From Mogibacterium sp. (GTDB lineage Bacteria > Bacillota > Clostridia > Peptostreptococcales > Anaerovoracaceae): DNA of 64,000 bases. Numbering within the stretch: the stretch's first letter is position 1; each line of letters opens with the position of its first letter. Where the stretch lies: NCBI GenBank assembly GCA_017403955.1, contig JAFRDH010000025.1:71294-135293 (forward strand), in the 5' to 3' direction. Positions 19,177-29,075 of this stretch are shown in pieces. Under the pieces are notes generated by a model. That model saw only the letters and a list, made by a program, of their open reading frames with translations, searched no databases and had not been told where the DNA came from. The position numbers were made by a program, and so were the translations under genes.

Positions 19177-19261
19177 CAAGTAAGATGCCCTTTCGCTTTT
19201 GGTGTATGTTAAGAATACCACAACATAGCCTGTTTAGTCAGTACTTGACATTCTTGTATTC

Positions 19262-19290
19262 TTGAACCTTGCCCTATAATAATGTATAAT
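19262..19290 (+). promoter_or_regulatory. Sigma-A-type promoter candidate for the polysaccharide operon
   Basis: TTGAAC (19262-19267), a 17-nt spacer, then TATAAT (19285-19290) with TG immediately upstream. This would give a leader of about 140 nt before ATG 19434. Confidence 0.45.
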
Positions 19291-19378
19291 CTCAGTGATT
19301 TAAAGAGCTTGGGACAACTACAAGCAGTTTTTTTGGTGTTCAGTTATTTTTTAGCAACAGAACACATTCAGATACATA

Positions 19379-19402
19379 ACTTAAGCTATCATTAGCTTAA
19401 GT
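19379..19402. promoter_or_regulatory. Perfect 10-bp palindrome with 4-nt spacer in the operon leader (operator or RNA hairpin)
   Basis: ACTTAAGCTA-TCAT-TAGCTTAAGT, located 32 nt upstream of the start codon of the priming transferase gene. Confidence 0.5.
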
Positions 19403-19433
19403 CAACATTAAGGAAGAGAGAATAGATTTTTAC

Positions 19434-20834
19434 ATGAGAAAACACAGTCAATTATTCCATGACATTTCAATAAGAGTAGCAAAGCTTATCAACATTGTGT
19501 TCATGATGATGCCGTTTATCGTTGCATGGTATGCGTGTTACGCTGATAAGCTTTGGGTAAACTTTTTCAGAAGAGGCCACTGGCTGGTAATTGCGCTGTT
19601 CGCAATTCTGTATTTTGTGATCGGCAGGATCTATGATGCGTTCAAGATGTCATATAACAGCATTGCCGAGATGATATACAGCCAGGCGCTGACGCTGTTT
19701 GAAGTTGATGTCATTATGTATATCGTTGCATGGCTCCTGATCAGACGCGCGCCGGCAGTCTTGCCGATGCTGGCTGTATTTGCGGTCCAGCTCGTGATAG
19801 CTGCGATATGGAGCGTGATATCGCAGAAGTGGTATTTCCTGACATTCCCTGCGAACAAAACAGTAATAGTATGGGACATGCGCGAAGGTATTTCGCACCT
19901 TATTGAGCAGTATAACCTTACCCGCAAATACAAAGTTGTTGCGACCGTTTCAGCTGAAGAATGTATCAGTGACATAAGCATTCTTGACGATGCAGATACT
20001 GTATTTCTGGTCGGAGTCCACAGCCATGACCGTAACATTATAACTAAGTACTGCCTCCTTCATGGTGTCAAGGCATTCCTGATCCCTAGAGTCGGCGACC
20101 TTATCGTTGCAGGATCTTCCCGCAGCCATATGTTCCATTTCCTGATGCTCAAGGTAGAGAGATTCAACCCTACATTTGAGTATCTGATCATCAAGAGGAT
20201 CGGAGATATCATTCTTTCACTGATAGCATTGATCGTGCTGTCTCCGGTCATGCTGATCACAGCGATCTGCATCAAGGCAGAGGATCACGGCCCGGTCATC
20301 TACAAGCAGTGCAGACTGACCAAGGACGGAAAAGAATTCAACATCCTCAAGTTCAGAAGTATGAGGACTGATGCTGAGAAGGACGGAGTCGCGAGACTTT
20401 CCACAGGTGATAACGATGACAGAATCACCAAAGTCGGCAAATTCATCCGTAAGGTCCGTATCGACGAGCTCCCTCAGCTTTTCAATATTCTCGCCGGTGA
20501 TCTGACGATCGTCGGACCGAGAGCGGAGAGACCTGAGATCGCCAAAGAATATCAGGAAGAACTGCCTGAGTTCGAGCTCAGACTCCAGGCCAAAGCAGGT
20601 CTTACCGGCTATGCGCAGGTTTACGGAAAATACAACACGACTCCATATGACAAACTGCTGATGGATCTTATGTATATCGCAAACGCAAGCATATTCGAGG
20701 ATCTGAGAATCATATTTGCAACTGTGAAGATCTTATTTATGCCTGATAGTACAGAAGGCGTAGAAGTAGGTCAGGTTACTGCTCTTGGTGGCAATAACCC
20801 CGAGAACGCCGGCGACGAACCGGAGAAAGAATGA
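19434..20834 (+). CDS. Polyprenyl-phosphate glycosyl-1-phosphate transferase (bacterial sugar transferase, WbaP/CpsE/EpsL type), priming enzyme
   Basis: Four or five N-terminal TM helices plus the C-terminal PF02397-type domain: KRIGDIILSLIALIVLSPVMLI..HGPVIYKQCRLTKDGKEFNILKFRSM..RIDELPQLFNILAGDLTIVGPRAERPE. Confidence 0.85.
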   Translation: MRKHSQLFHDISIRVAKLINIVFMMMPFIVAWYACYADKLWVNFFRRGHWLVIALFAILYFVIGRIYDAFKMSYNSIAEMIYSQALTLFEVDVIMYIVAWLLIRRAPAVLPMLAVFAVQLVIAAIWSVISQKWYFLTFPANKTVIVWDMREGISHLIEQYNLTRKYKVVATVSAEECISDISILDDADTVFLVGVHSHDRNIITKYCLLHGVKAFLIPRVGDLIVAGSSRSHMFHFLMLKVERFNPTFEYLIIKRIGDIILSLIALIVLSPVMLITAICIKAEDHGPVIYKQCRLTKDGKEFNILKFRSMRTDAEKDGVARLSTGDNDDRITKVGKFIRKVRIDELPQLFNILAGDLTIVGPRAERPEIAKEYQEELPEFELRLQAKAGLTGYAQVYGKYNTTPYDKLLMDLMYIANASIFEDLRIIFATVKILFMPDSTEGVEVGQVTALGGNNPENAGDEPEKE

Positions 20835-22076
20835 GTGACAACGGTAATGCCACAATCAAAATCTATCTGGATAATCAATCACTATGCTTCACATCTTGAG
20901 AACCGTCATCTCGAATTAGCAAAGGCTTTCGCAGAGAACGGATATAAGGTGGGAGTTATCACATCATCTTATCACCACGGACGGAGGGAATACTTATATC
21001 CTGAAGAGTATCACTTTGATAAAAGAGCCGGGAACGTTTATTTTATCTATCTTAGATCTACACCGGAGTATGCTTCCAATGGAGGCAAACGCATTCTTAA
21101 TATGCTCAGTTTCTGCCGCCTCGTTGAGAAACACCGCGGCGATATCTGCGAGCTGATCGGAAAGCCGGGATATATTATCGGTTCATCGGCCCATCCTTTC
21201 GTCTGGGAAACATCATACAGACTGGCAAGAAAGTATAAGTGCAAATTCATTGCGGAATTCCGCGATATCTGGCCGCTTTCTCTGATCGAGATACAGGGTG
21301 TTTCGGAAAAGCATCCTTTTGTTAAGCTGCTTGCTCAGGTCGAGAAGAGAGCTTACAAGAGATCTGACGCGATCGTCGGAACGATGCCTTACGCCTACAA
21401 GCATGTTTGTGACAAGCTCGGATTCCCGAGGAGCAAGATGCACTGGATGCCGAACGGGATCAATACCGATAAAGTAGATCAGATCGTTCAGGGCGAAAGT
21501 ACTCTTTCCCCGGAACTGGAAGATTATCTTACCAACAACTGGTGCTGCGTATACGTCGGCAGCATTGTCAAGAGTGAGTGCCTCGATTACATACTCGATG
21601 CATGGAAACTTGTCTCTGACAAGAGCATCAAGTTCGCAATGGTCGGTGAGGGATCGGTCAAAGATCATATAGAAAGCCGCATCGCGGATGAGCACCTCAC
21701 GAATATCAAAACATTCCCGGCAGTAAAGCCTGAGGAAGTACATAAGATACTCAGCATGGCAAACTGCTGTGTTGCAGCACTTGAGTTCGAAGGTCTCGGA
21801 AGATTCGGTCTCAGCAAGTATAAGCTGAACGATTATCTATATTCCGGAACTCCGACTATTTTCGCGTGCAACAGCCCTAATGTTGTCGGAGAGGCAGGAC
21901 ATTTTGCCATCCCTACCGGAGACCCGGCGCTGATGGCTGAGAAAATCGAACAGATCAGGAAGATGCAGCCTGAAGAAATACAGGAACTTGCGGATAAGGG
22001 CCGTAAACTCATCAAAGAAGTCTACGACTACAAAGCCGTCGGCAAGAAGTATCTGGAAATGATGGAAAATCTCTAA
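20835..22076 (+). CDS. Glycosyltransferase family 4 (WbuB-like)
   Basis: The N-terminal motif IWIINHYA is typical of WbuB-type GT4 enzymes, with a GT-B C-terminal half (EGLGRFGLSKYKLNDYLYSGTP). The GTG start at 20835 sits 6 nt after GGAGAAAG; an alternative ATG is at 20847. Confidence 0.7.
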   Translation: MTTVMPQSKSIWIINHYASHLENRHLELAKAFAENGYKVGVITSSYHHGRREYLYPEEYHFDKRAGNVYFIYLRSTPEYASNGGKRILNMLSFCRLVEKHRGDICELIGKPGYIIGSSAHPFVWETSYRLARKYKCKFIAEFRDIWPLSLIEIQGVSEKHPFVKLLAQVEKRAYKRSDAIVGTMPYAYKHVCDKLGFPRSKMHWMPNGINTDKVDQIVQGESTLSPELEDYLTNNWCCVYVGSIVKSECLDYILDAWKLVSDKSIKFAMVGEGSVKDHIESRIADEHLTNIKTFPAVKPEEVHKILSMANCCVAALEFEGLGRFGLSKYKLNDYLYSGTPTIFACNSPNVVGEAGHFAIPTGDPALMAEKIEQIRKMQPEEIQELADKGRKLIKEVYDYKAVGKKYLEMMENL

Positions 22077-22091
22077 AGGAATCAGATTTTT

Positions 22092-23159
22092 ATGAAAATT
22101 GTAACTGTTGTCGGCGCAAGGCCGCAATTTATCAAAGCCGCAGTGGTATCCCGCATCCTGCGTAAAGACGCAGAAGAGATCATAGTCCATACCGGACAGC
22201 ATTATGATTACAATATGTCGGATATCTTCTTCGAGGAGCTGAACATTCCGACTCCTGACTATAATCTCGGGATCTCAGGAGGAAGCCACGGCAAAATGAC
22301 CGGAAGAATGCTTGAGGCCATTGAAGAAGTCCTGGTCAAGGAACAGCCGGATAAAGTCCTGCTGTACGGAGATACCAATTCAACAATGGCAGCTGCACTT
22401 GCAGCCGTTAAGATGCATATTCCGGTATATCACGTTGAGGCGGGTAACAGATTCGGGACACTCGACAGCCCTGAAGAAGTCAACCGTATCGTTACGGATC
22501 ATGTTTCGACATGTCTGATGCCTTGTACAGAATCCGCTGCAAAGTTCCTTGAGAAAGAAGGACTTGCAGACAAGTCGCATATCGTAGGAGACCCTATGTA
22601 TGATGCTTTTCTGTATTACGGCAGCAAACTTACAGACAAAGACAGAAACGCGATCGTAGATTTTGACGGCAATCCGGTAGCCCGTCCTGAGTCGTTCTAC
22701 TATCTCACCTGCCACAGACAGGAGAACACGGATACGGATGACAAGCTCAGAGAGATCCTTGTCGCAATGAACGAACTCGATGCTCCGACGATCTATCCGG
22801 TACATCCGAGGAACAAAGACCGTGTCCGCAGAGTGAGCAGCGGTCTGAACAATATAATTGCAGCACAGCCGGTCGGATATCTGACATCGATATCCCTTGT
22901 GAACGACGCGAAGAAAATCGTCACAGACTCAGGCGGACTGCAGAGAGAAGCTTTCTTTGCGGGAAAGCAATGCGTCACCGTTCTGGATTTTGTCGTATGG
23001 CCTGAAACAATGGTAGGAAACAGGAACCAGCTGTCGAAGCCTGACTCCGGAGAGATCCTCAGGAAGCTCAGCGACGTCCAGACAATTGACGATACATATA
23101 AACCGTTCGGAAACGGACACGCAGGAGACAAAATAGTAGAACTTTTACTGAATAATTAA
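22092..23159 (+). CDS. UDP-N-acetylhexosamine(uronate) 2-epimerase, non-hydrolysing (WecB/WbpI family)
   Basis: MKIVTVVGARPQFIKAAVV, VHTGQHYDYNMSDIFF and GDTNSTMAAALAA; 355 aa. Confidence 0.85.
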   Translation: MKIVTVVGARPQFIKAAVVSRILRKDAEEIIVHTGQHYDYNMSDIFFEELNIPTPDYNLGISGGSHGKMTGRMLEAIEEVLVKEQPDKVLLYGDTNSTMAAALAAVKMHIPVYHVEAGNRFGTLDSPEEVNRIVTDHVSTCLMPCTESAAKFLEKEGLADKSHIVGDPMYDAFLYYGSKLTDKDRNAIVDFDGNPVARPESFYYLTCHRQENTDTDDKLREILVAMNELDAPTIYPVHPRNKDRVRRVSSGLNNIIAAQPVGYLTSISLVNDAKKIVTDSGGLQREAFFAGKQCVTVLDFVVWPETMVGNRNQLSKPDSGEILRKLSDVQTIDDTYKPFGNGHAGDKIVELLLNN

Positions 23160-23172
23160 GTGGAGGGAATGA

Positions 23173-24501
23173 ATGCAATTCAATAATATTTATCAGGGAC
23201 TTATTTCCGGGGAAGAAAAACTGGCACTTGTAGGACTCGGATATGTCGGAATGCCTATCGCTGTAGAATTTGCCAAGCACATTCATGTAATAGGATTCGA
23301 TATCAACAAGAAGCGTATCGAGGAGTACCAGAACGGTATCGATTCGACAAACGAAGTAGGAGAGGCGATCAAGAATACAGCAGTTGAATTCACTGCAGAC
23401 CCTGCCAGACTGAAAGAGGCAAAGTTCCTTATCGTTGCTGTCCCGACACCTGTCAAGGACGACAACAGCCCGGATCTCGGACCTGTCAAGGGAGCATCCA
23501 AGACGATCGGACAGAATCTCGCTCCGGGATCGATCGTAGTATTCGAGTCAACAGTATATCCGGGAGTAACAGAGGATATCTGTGTTCCGATCATCGAGAA
23601 GGAATCCGGACTCAAGTGCGGAGTAGACTGGAAGATCGGTTACTCCCCTGAGAGGATCAACCCGGGAGACAGAGTACATACACTTACCAATATCAAGAAA
23701 GTCGTATCCGGAATGGATGAAGAATCCGCTAACGAGATCAAGAAGGTATATGACATCGTTATCAAGGCGGGAACTTTCCCTGTTTCGACCATCAAGACAG
23801 CAGAAGCAGTCAAGGTTGTCGAGAACAGCCAGAGAGACATCAACATCGCGTTCATGAATGAAGTCGCTATGATCTGCGACAAAATGGGGATCGATACAGC
23901 TGAAGTCCTCGACGGAATGAACACCAAGTGGAATGCCCTCGGATTCAAACCGGGTCTTGTAGGCGGTCACTGCATCGGAGTTGATCCGTACTATCTGACA
24001 AATGCAGCAGAAAAACTCGGATACCACAGCCAGATCATCCTCAACGGAAGACAGGTCAATGACAGCATGGGCGCATATGTAGCAGATGCTGCTATCAAAG
24101 AGATGATCGAAGCAGGCATGGCTCCTAAGAAAGCTACCGTCGTTCTGCTCGGACTTACATTCAAGGAGAATTGCCCGGATACCAGAAACAGCAAGGTCGT
24201 TGATATCATCAACCGTCTCAAGGAGTTCGATATCGATCCGATCGTAACGGACAACTGGGCAGACCCTGCAGTTGCAAAGCACGAATACGGAGTCGATCTC
24301 GTACCGTTCGAAGAGATCCCTAAGGCAGACTGCGTTATCGTAGCAGTAGGCCATAAAGAATTCAGATCGATGCCTGTCATGAAGCTGAAAGAACTGTTTA
24401 AGGACGAGCTTGCTGACGAGGAGAAGGTCCTCGTTGATGTAAAGAGCCTCTATCGTATGGACGAACTGAAGGCTTCCGGAATGAGATTCTGGAGATTGTA
24501 A
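23173..24501 (+). CDS. UDP-N-acetylhexosamine 6-dehydrogenase (nucleotide-sugar dehydrogenase, WbpA/WbpO/TviB/WecC-like)
   Basis: Rossmann motif LALVGLGYVGMPIAVEFA, catalytic Cys region LVGGHCIGVDPYYL and C-terminal end GMRFWRL. Confidence 0.85.
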   Translation: MQFNNIYQGLISGEEKLALVGLGYVGMPIAVEFAKHIHVIGFDINKKRIEEYQNGIDSTNEVGEAIKNTAVEFTADPARLKEAKFLIVAVPTPVKDDNSPDLGPVKGASKTIGQNLAPGSIVVFESTVYPGVTEDICVPIIEKESGLKCGVDWKIGYSPERINPGDRVHTLTNIKKVVSGMDEESANEIKKVYDIVIKAGTFPVSTIKTAEAVKVVENSQRDINIAFMNEVAMICDKMGIDTAEVLDGMNTKWNALGFKPGLVGGHCIGVDPYYLTNAAEKLGYHSQIILNGRQVNDSMGAYVADAAIKEMIEAGMAPKKATVVLLGLTFKENCPDTRNSKVVDIINRLKEFDIDPIVTDNWADPAVAKHEYGVDLVPFEEIPKADCVIVAVGHKEFRSMPVMKLKELFKDELADEEKVLVDVKSLYRMDELKASGMRFWRL

Positions 24502-24518
24502 TATCCCGGGGGAAAACA

Positions 24519-25430
24519 ATGCTTTTATCAAAAGAACTGCCGCAAATCGGCATTACTTGCAGATGCATAAACGAGAAGGAATTCGATTCGCTCGGTCTTG
24601 CAGGCTATAACGACGGAAAGAACGTATGCACTTTCCTCGCTGCGGCTAAGTACGCAGCAGGTCTGTCGAGCGGGATCAGCATGATCATCACATCGGAGAA
24701 AGTATTCGATGAACTGAGCAATGCAGGCGGACTCGGTGATGCGTACGGAATATGCATAGTCGACAATCCGAGACTGACATATTTCCTGCTTCACAATGCT
24801 TTGTGCAGCTCGAAGGAATATTGCAGGCCGGAGTTTCCGACTAAGATCGCAGAGTCAGCGAAGATCAGTCCTCTCGCATATATAGCTCCGACCAACGTCG
24901 TTATCGGCGAGAATACAGTAATAGAAGAATTTGTTTCGGTCAAAGAGAATACTGTGATCGGTGATGACTGCGTTATCCGCACCGGAACTAAGATCGGCGG
25001 TCCGGGATTCGAGATCAAGAATGACGGCACCAAGACAATTACCGTAACGCATATCGGCGGCGTCAGGATCGGAAATAATGTTGAGATCCAGCAGAACTCA
25101 AATGTAGACAAGGCTATTTACCCTTGGGACGATACCGTTATCGAGGATCATGTCAGGATCAACACCCTGGTACAGATCGCTCACGGCGACAAGATCGGCA
25201 GATTCACTGAGATCGTAGCGCATGCCAGCATCCAGGGGCGTGTTGTGATCGGTGAAAATGTATGGATCGGTCCGGGCTGCGTGATCAGGAACGGTATCTC
25301 TATCGGTGATAATGCAAGAGTGAATATGGGCGCTGTAGTTACTTTGAGCGTCCCGGCCGGAGAGGCAGTCAGCGGCAATTTTGCAAGAAGTCATGCATTG
25401 CTGATAGATGAAATGAAATCATATAAATAA
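24519..25430 (+). CDS. Left-handed beta-helix (hexapeptide-repeat) N-acyltransferase, LpxD-like architecture
   Basis: Tandem hexapeptide repeats: IGENTVIEEFVSVKENTVIGDDCVIRTGTKIG, IGNNVEIQQNSNV and IGENVWIGPGCVIRNGISIGDNARV. An N-terminal non-repeat domain of about 110 aa precedes them. Confidence 0.7.
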   Translation: MLLSKELPQIGITCRCINEKEFDSLGLAGYNDGKNVCTFLAAAKYAAGLSSGISMIITSEKVFDELSNAGGLGDAYGICIVDNPRLTYFLLHNALCSSKEYCRPEFPTKIAESAKISPLAYIAPTNVVIGENTVIEEFVSVKENTVIGDDCVIRTGTKIGGPGFEIKNDGTKTITVTHIGGVRIGNNVEIQQNSNVDKAIYPWDDTVIEDHVRINTLVQIAHGDKIGRFTEIVAHASIQGRVVIGENVWIGPGCVIRNGISIGDNARVNMGAVVTLSVPAGEAVSGNFARSHALLIDEMKSYK

Positions 25431-25450
25431 AACAAAAGCGGGAGCCTGAT

Positions 25451-26569
25451 ATGACTAAGATATGCCACATGACAAGTGTGCACAAAAGCAACGATATACG
25501 AATCTTTGAAAAAGAGTGCTCTTCACTTGCAAAAAAACCTGAATATAAAGTATGGCTTGTTGCTCAGGGCGACAGCAGGAATGAGAACAATGTTGAGGTC
25601 ATCGGGATCGGTGAGAAACCATCAAGCAGGATCAAGCGTATCCTGCTCTTCTCCCGTCAGGTTTACAAAGAATCGAAAAAGCTCGACGCGGATGTTTATC
25701 ATTTCCATGATCCGGAACTGCTCCCGTTTGGTCTGATGCTAAAGAAGCAAGGCAAGAAAGTAATATTTGACAGCCACGAGAACTACTCATACCAGATCAA
25801 AACACGAGAGTACATGAAACCTGCACTCAGGAAGATCATCTCTGCTTCGTATTACCGGCTGGAAACAATGGCCGCAAAGCATTTTGACGCGGTTATCTTC
25901 CCATGCAAAATGAATGGCAAACATCCATTTGAGGGTCGCAGCAAGAGACCGGTCTTCATCAATAACGCTCCTATTTTCACGGAGAATGATACAGACAGAG
26001 CGGCGCAGCAGGATAGTGAGTTCACAGCATGCTATGTCGGAGGTCTGTCAGAACCGAGAGGGATCACCAAATCGATCCTTGCAGCTTCAAAAGCAGGGGT
26101 CAAGCTGGTGCTCGCAGGCAGATTTGACAGCGACAGCTATGAACAGAAGCTCAGAGCAATGCCTGAATTCGAATGCGTCGACTATAAAGGACAGTGTTCA
26201 CATGAAGAAGTCTATAATATACTGGCTTCCTGCTCGGTAGGCCTTTCAGTACTTCAGAATGTCGGACAGTATAAAATAATTGAAACACTGCCTACCAAGG
26301 TCTATGAATATATGCAAATGAAAATGCCGGTCATCATGGGTATTTCATCATATGCCAAAGAACTGAATGATGAATATAAATTTGCAGAGCTCGTGGACCC
26401 GGGTAATGAAGATGAGATAGCTGAGGCGATCAACAGACTTAGAAAAGATCCTGAAAAATGTCAGGAAATGGGCAATAATGGCTACGAACTGGTAAAGAAT
26501 CATCTGAACTGGGCTGTTGAAGAGGAGAAACTGTATAAGCTATATCAGGAAATACTGACAGAAGAATGA
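25451..26569 (+). CDS. Glycosyltransferase family 4
   Basis: N-terminal ICHMTSVHKSNDIRIFEKE (Glyco_trans_4-like) and a GT-B C-terminal region with EYMQMKMPVI. The stop overlaps the next start (ATGA). Confidence 0.75.
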   Translation: MTKICHMTSVHKSNDIRIFEKECSSLAKKPEYKVWLVAQGDSRNENNVEVIGIGEKPSSRIKRILLFSRQVYKESKKLDADVYHFHDPELLPFGLMLKKQGKKVIFDSHENYSYQIKTREYMKPALRKIISASYYRLETMAAKHFDAVIFPCKMNGKHPFEGRSKRPVFINNAPIFTENDTDRAAQQDSEFTACYVGGLSEPRGITKSILAASKAGVKLVLAGRFDSDSYEQKLRAMPEFECVDYKGQCSHEEVYNILASCSVGLSVLQNVGQYKIIETLPTKVYEYMQMKMPVIMGISSYAKELNDEYKFAELVDPGNEDEIAEAINRLRKDPEKCQEMGNNGYELVKNHLNWAVEEEKLYKLYQEILTEE

Positions 26570-27759
26570 AGAAAAAAGTAATTACCGATATGATGCTGAA
26601 TATCATAGCAGCCGCCTTGCCGGTTGCTATGTTGCAGTTGGTTATTTATCCTAAAGTAGCAGTGGCAGCAGGTGGAGATGAATACGGGCTGATGCTCACG
26701 GTCTATTCCATCTGGATAATGACATCAAATGCTCCGGGAAATGTACTGAACAATGTAAAACTTCTCAAGTTCCCGCAGTATCAGGCAATGGAAACAGAAG
26801 GAGATATTCCTATACTGCTTCGCAGATGGATAGTACTCAGTTCTTCTATCGTATTCCTTGCGACCTGGCTGTATGTCGGCGAGTTTTCTGTACATCATCT
26901 GTTCCTGGGCGTTCTGGTCGCGTGTGCGCTGATGCTCAAGGCCTACCTGGAAGTCGGATTCAGGATCAAACTGAACTACAAAGCCATTCTGATGAATAAT
27001 GCTCTTTTGAGCCTTGGTTTCTTTGCAGGTTATTATCTTTTCCTCAAGACTTCATACTGGGAACTGATTTTCCTCACAGGCTATGCAATGAGCTGCACCT
27101 TCTGTGCGATCAAGACCGGACTCCTCAAAGAGGCGGCAGTCAAAACTACGTTGTTTCCAACTGTCAGGAGCGATGCATACAGTCTGCTCGTGGCAGCTGT
27201 GATCGGCAACCTTATCAACTATGCAGACAAGCTGGTGTTGTATCCGCTTATGGGCGGGACCGCTGTATCTATTTACTACACAGCAACGATACTCGGCAAA
27301 ATAACCGGAATGCTTACCGGTCCTATCAACAGCGTTATACTCAGCTATATCACCAGATGGGACAATGCGAAAGCGAGTATTTTCTCCAAGGTCCTCGCGA
27401 CCGGGTTCGCCGTGATCTGTTTCGGATATGTACTTACACTCGTATTTGCAAGACCTGTGATCGGCTTCCTGTTCCCTCAGTGGGTCGACGAAGTCATCAA
27501 AATCATTCCTATAACAACGGTTACAGTAATGCTTACAGTACTTACATCCATACTCCAGCCGTTCGTTATGAAATTCTGCAATCTGCACTGGCAGATCGTT
27601 ATAAGCGGAGTCGGATCAGTAGCATATTTCACATGCGCACTTATCCTGTGGAAAGTATTTGGTCTCGTAGGTTTTTGCATTGGTACGGTTGTCGGTGCGA
27701 CAGTTAAGCTGATTCTCATGATTGTGATATACAGAAAAAGGGCGGGAGCCAAGAGTTGA
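26566..27759 (+). CDS. Polysaccharide flippase (Wzx / MOP superfamily) candidate
   Basis: 397 aa with about 12 hydrophobic helices. It has no soluble domain and sits between the glycosyltransferase and polymerase-like genes. Confidence 0.6.
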   Translation: MKKKVITDMMLNIIAAALPVAMLQLVIYPKVAVAAGGDEYGLMLTVYSIWIMTSNAPGNVLNNVKLLKFPQYQAMETEGDIPILLRRWIVLSSSIVFLATWLYVGEFSVHHLFLGVLVACALMLKAYLEVGFRIKLNYKAILMNNALLSLGFFAGYYLFLKTSYWELIFLTGYAMSCTFCAIKTGLLKEAAVKTTLFPTVRSDAYSLLVAAVIGNLINYADKLVLYPLMGGTAVSIYYTATILGKITGMLTGPINSVILSYITRWDNAKASIFSKVLATGFAVICFGYVLTLVFARPVIGFLFPQWVDEVIKIIPITTVTVMLTVLTSILQPFVMKFCNLHWQIVISGVGSVAYFTCALILWKVFGLVGFCIGTVVGATVKLILMIVIYRKRAGAKS

Positions 27760-27763
27760 TCAT

Positions 27764-29071
27764 ATGAAGACGATCGCGAATCGATATCTTGAAATAACGC
27801 AGAAACTATCAGAGTTGTCAGGCAACAAAGTCTTGACTTGCCTCTTTTTCCTCATATACAAAGGGATCCTTGATCTGATCTATCTTAAATTTGTAGGTGA
27901 TGCTTATGCATACTTCGGTATTTGCATCTCACCTGTAAATATTGCCAGCGGATGGCTGATCACGATCATCATGGCGGTAGTTTTTTCCGAATATTACAAG
28001 GGGAATACTGCATCTTCCGTTATGATGGTTGTTTTTAATATGTTCTATTTCATTCCGATGACGACTTATTGCTCTTATGGCGGAGGAAGCTCATCGTTCC
28101 TCTTCTGGGGGATCATATACTGGGCGCTTCTGACGATCCTGCAGCTGAGGCTGCCGGTAATAGCCTGGGGCAGAAGCGGGCAGTCGGAAATGAGCGCAAA
28201 AAGCATCTTTTTATTCACTGCGATCGCTGCGGTCCCGGTCGTATATGTCTGGGTCAGATATGCGAAATGCAGATTGCTCCTGAACTTCGGGGAAATCTAT
28301 CAGGTAAGGGCAGAGGCTGCCGGATACGGACTCAGCACACCTCTGCATTATTTACTTAATATGATGCCGATCGTTCTGGCACTCCTGATCGTACTGGCAC
28401 TGAGCAGAAGACAGTACATTGCGCTGATCATCCTGCTGGGGCTGGTATTCATCAATTTCTCGATTGCCGGCCACAAAACTGTGATTTTCTTCCCGTTTAT
28501 CCTCATTGGCGGATATATATTCTACAGAAAAGAAATGATCTCAATGATCCTGCCCGGAGGAATATTAGTAGAACTTGCTGCCATTGCGGAGCAGTTCCTC
28601 GGGAAAGGTCTTATCATCAATCTTCTTTTCAGACGTATGGGATTTGTGCTGGCGCAGCTGTCGGAATTCTATTACAGGTTCTTTTCAGGAAGCAGCATAG
28701 ACTTCTTCCGTCAGGGGATCATAGGAAAACTCGGATTCGACACTATTTATTCACAGAGTATTGCTAATGTAATAGGTAATAACTTCGAGACACAGGTCGT
28801 TAACTGTAACAATGGCATTATGGCTGATGCATGGGCGAACCTCGGACTGATCGGTATCTTTGTCATGCCGGTAGTGCTTGTTTACTGCATGAGATTCCTG
28901 GACTTCGCTTCCCATAATGTCAATTCCAGGCTGATCATTGGTATGATCGTCTACTATTCATTCGCTTTTGCCAACTCACAGTGGAGCACCGTCCTGATAA
29001 CCCATGGATTTGCTCTTATGTGCATCCTGCTGATGTTCTTCCCTCGTGAGCAAAGCAGAAAAAACAGGTGA
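27764..29071 (+). CDS. Polytopic membrane protein, repeat-unit polymerase (Wzy-like) candidate
   Basis: 435 aa with about 11 hydrophobic helices and one larger loop. The call rests on position next to the flippase candidate; no diagnostic motif was recognised. Confidence 0.45.
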   Translation: MKTIANRYLEITQKLSELSGNKVLTCLFFLIYKGILDLIYLKFVGDAYAYFGICISPVNIASGWLITIIMAVVFSEYYKGNTASSVMMVVFNMFYFIPMTTYCSYGGGSSSFLFWGIIYWALLTILQLRLPVIAWGRSGQSEMSAKSIFLFTAIAAVPVVYVWVRYAKCRLLLNFGEIYQVRAEAAGYGLSTPLHYLLNMMPIVLALLIVLALSRRQYIALIILLGLVFINFSIAGHKTVIFFPFILIGGYIFYRKEMISMILPGGILVELAAIAEQFLGKGLIINLLFRRMGFVLAQLSEFYYRFFSGSSIDFFRQGIIGKLGFDTIYSQSIANVIGNNFETQVVNCNNGIMADAWANLGLIGIFVMPVVLVYCMRFLDFASHNVNSRLIIGMIVYYSFAFANSQWSTVLITHGFALMCILLMFFPREQSRKNR

Positions 29072-29075
29072 TGAT

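Noticed and set aside
23548-24531. A 327-aa ORF on the minus strand, antisense to the nucleotide-sugar dehydrogenase gene. Similar long antisense ORFs occur at 8156..8818 (+), 31233..32129 (-), 35869..36687 (+), 42816..43517 (-), 51753..52880 (-), 54642..55499 (-) and 62151..63176 (-).
   Set aside because: Each lies fully inside, or across, a sense-strand gene with clear family motifs. Their translations are low-complexity (rich in D, E, I, L, F, V and R) with no recognisable motifs or RBS. This is the typical shadow-ORF behaviour of this codon usage.
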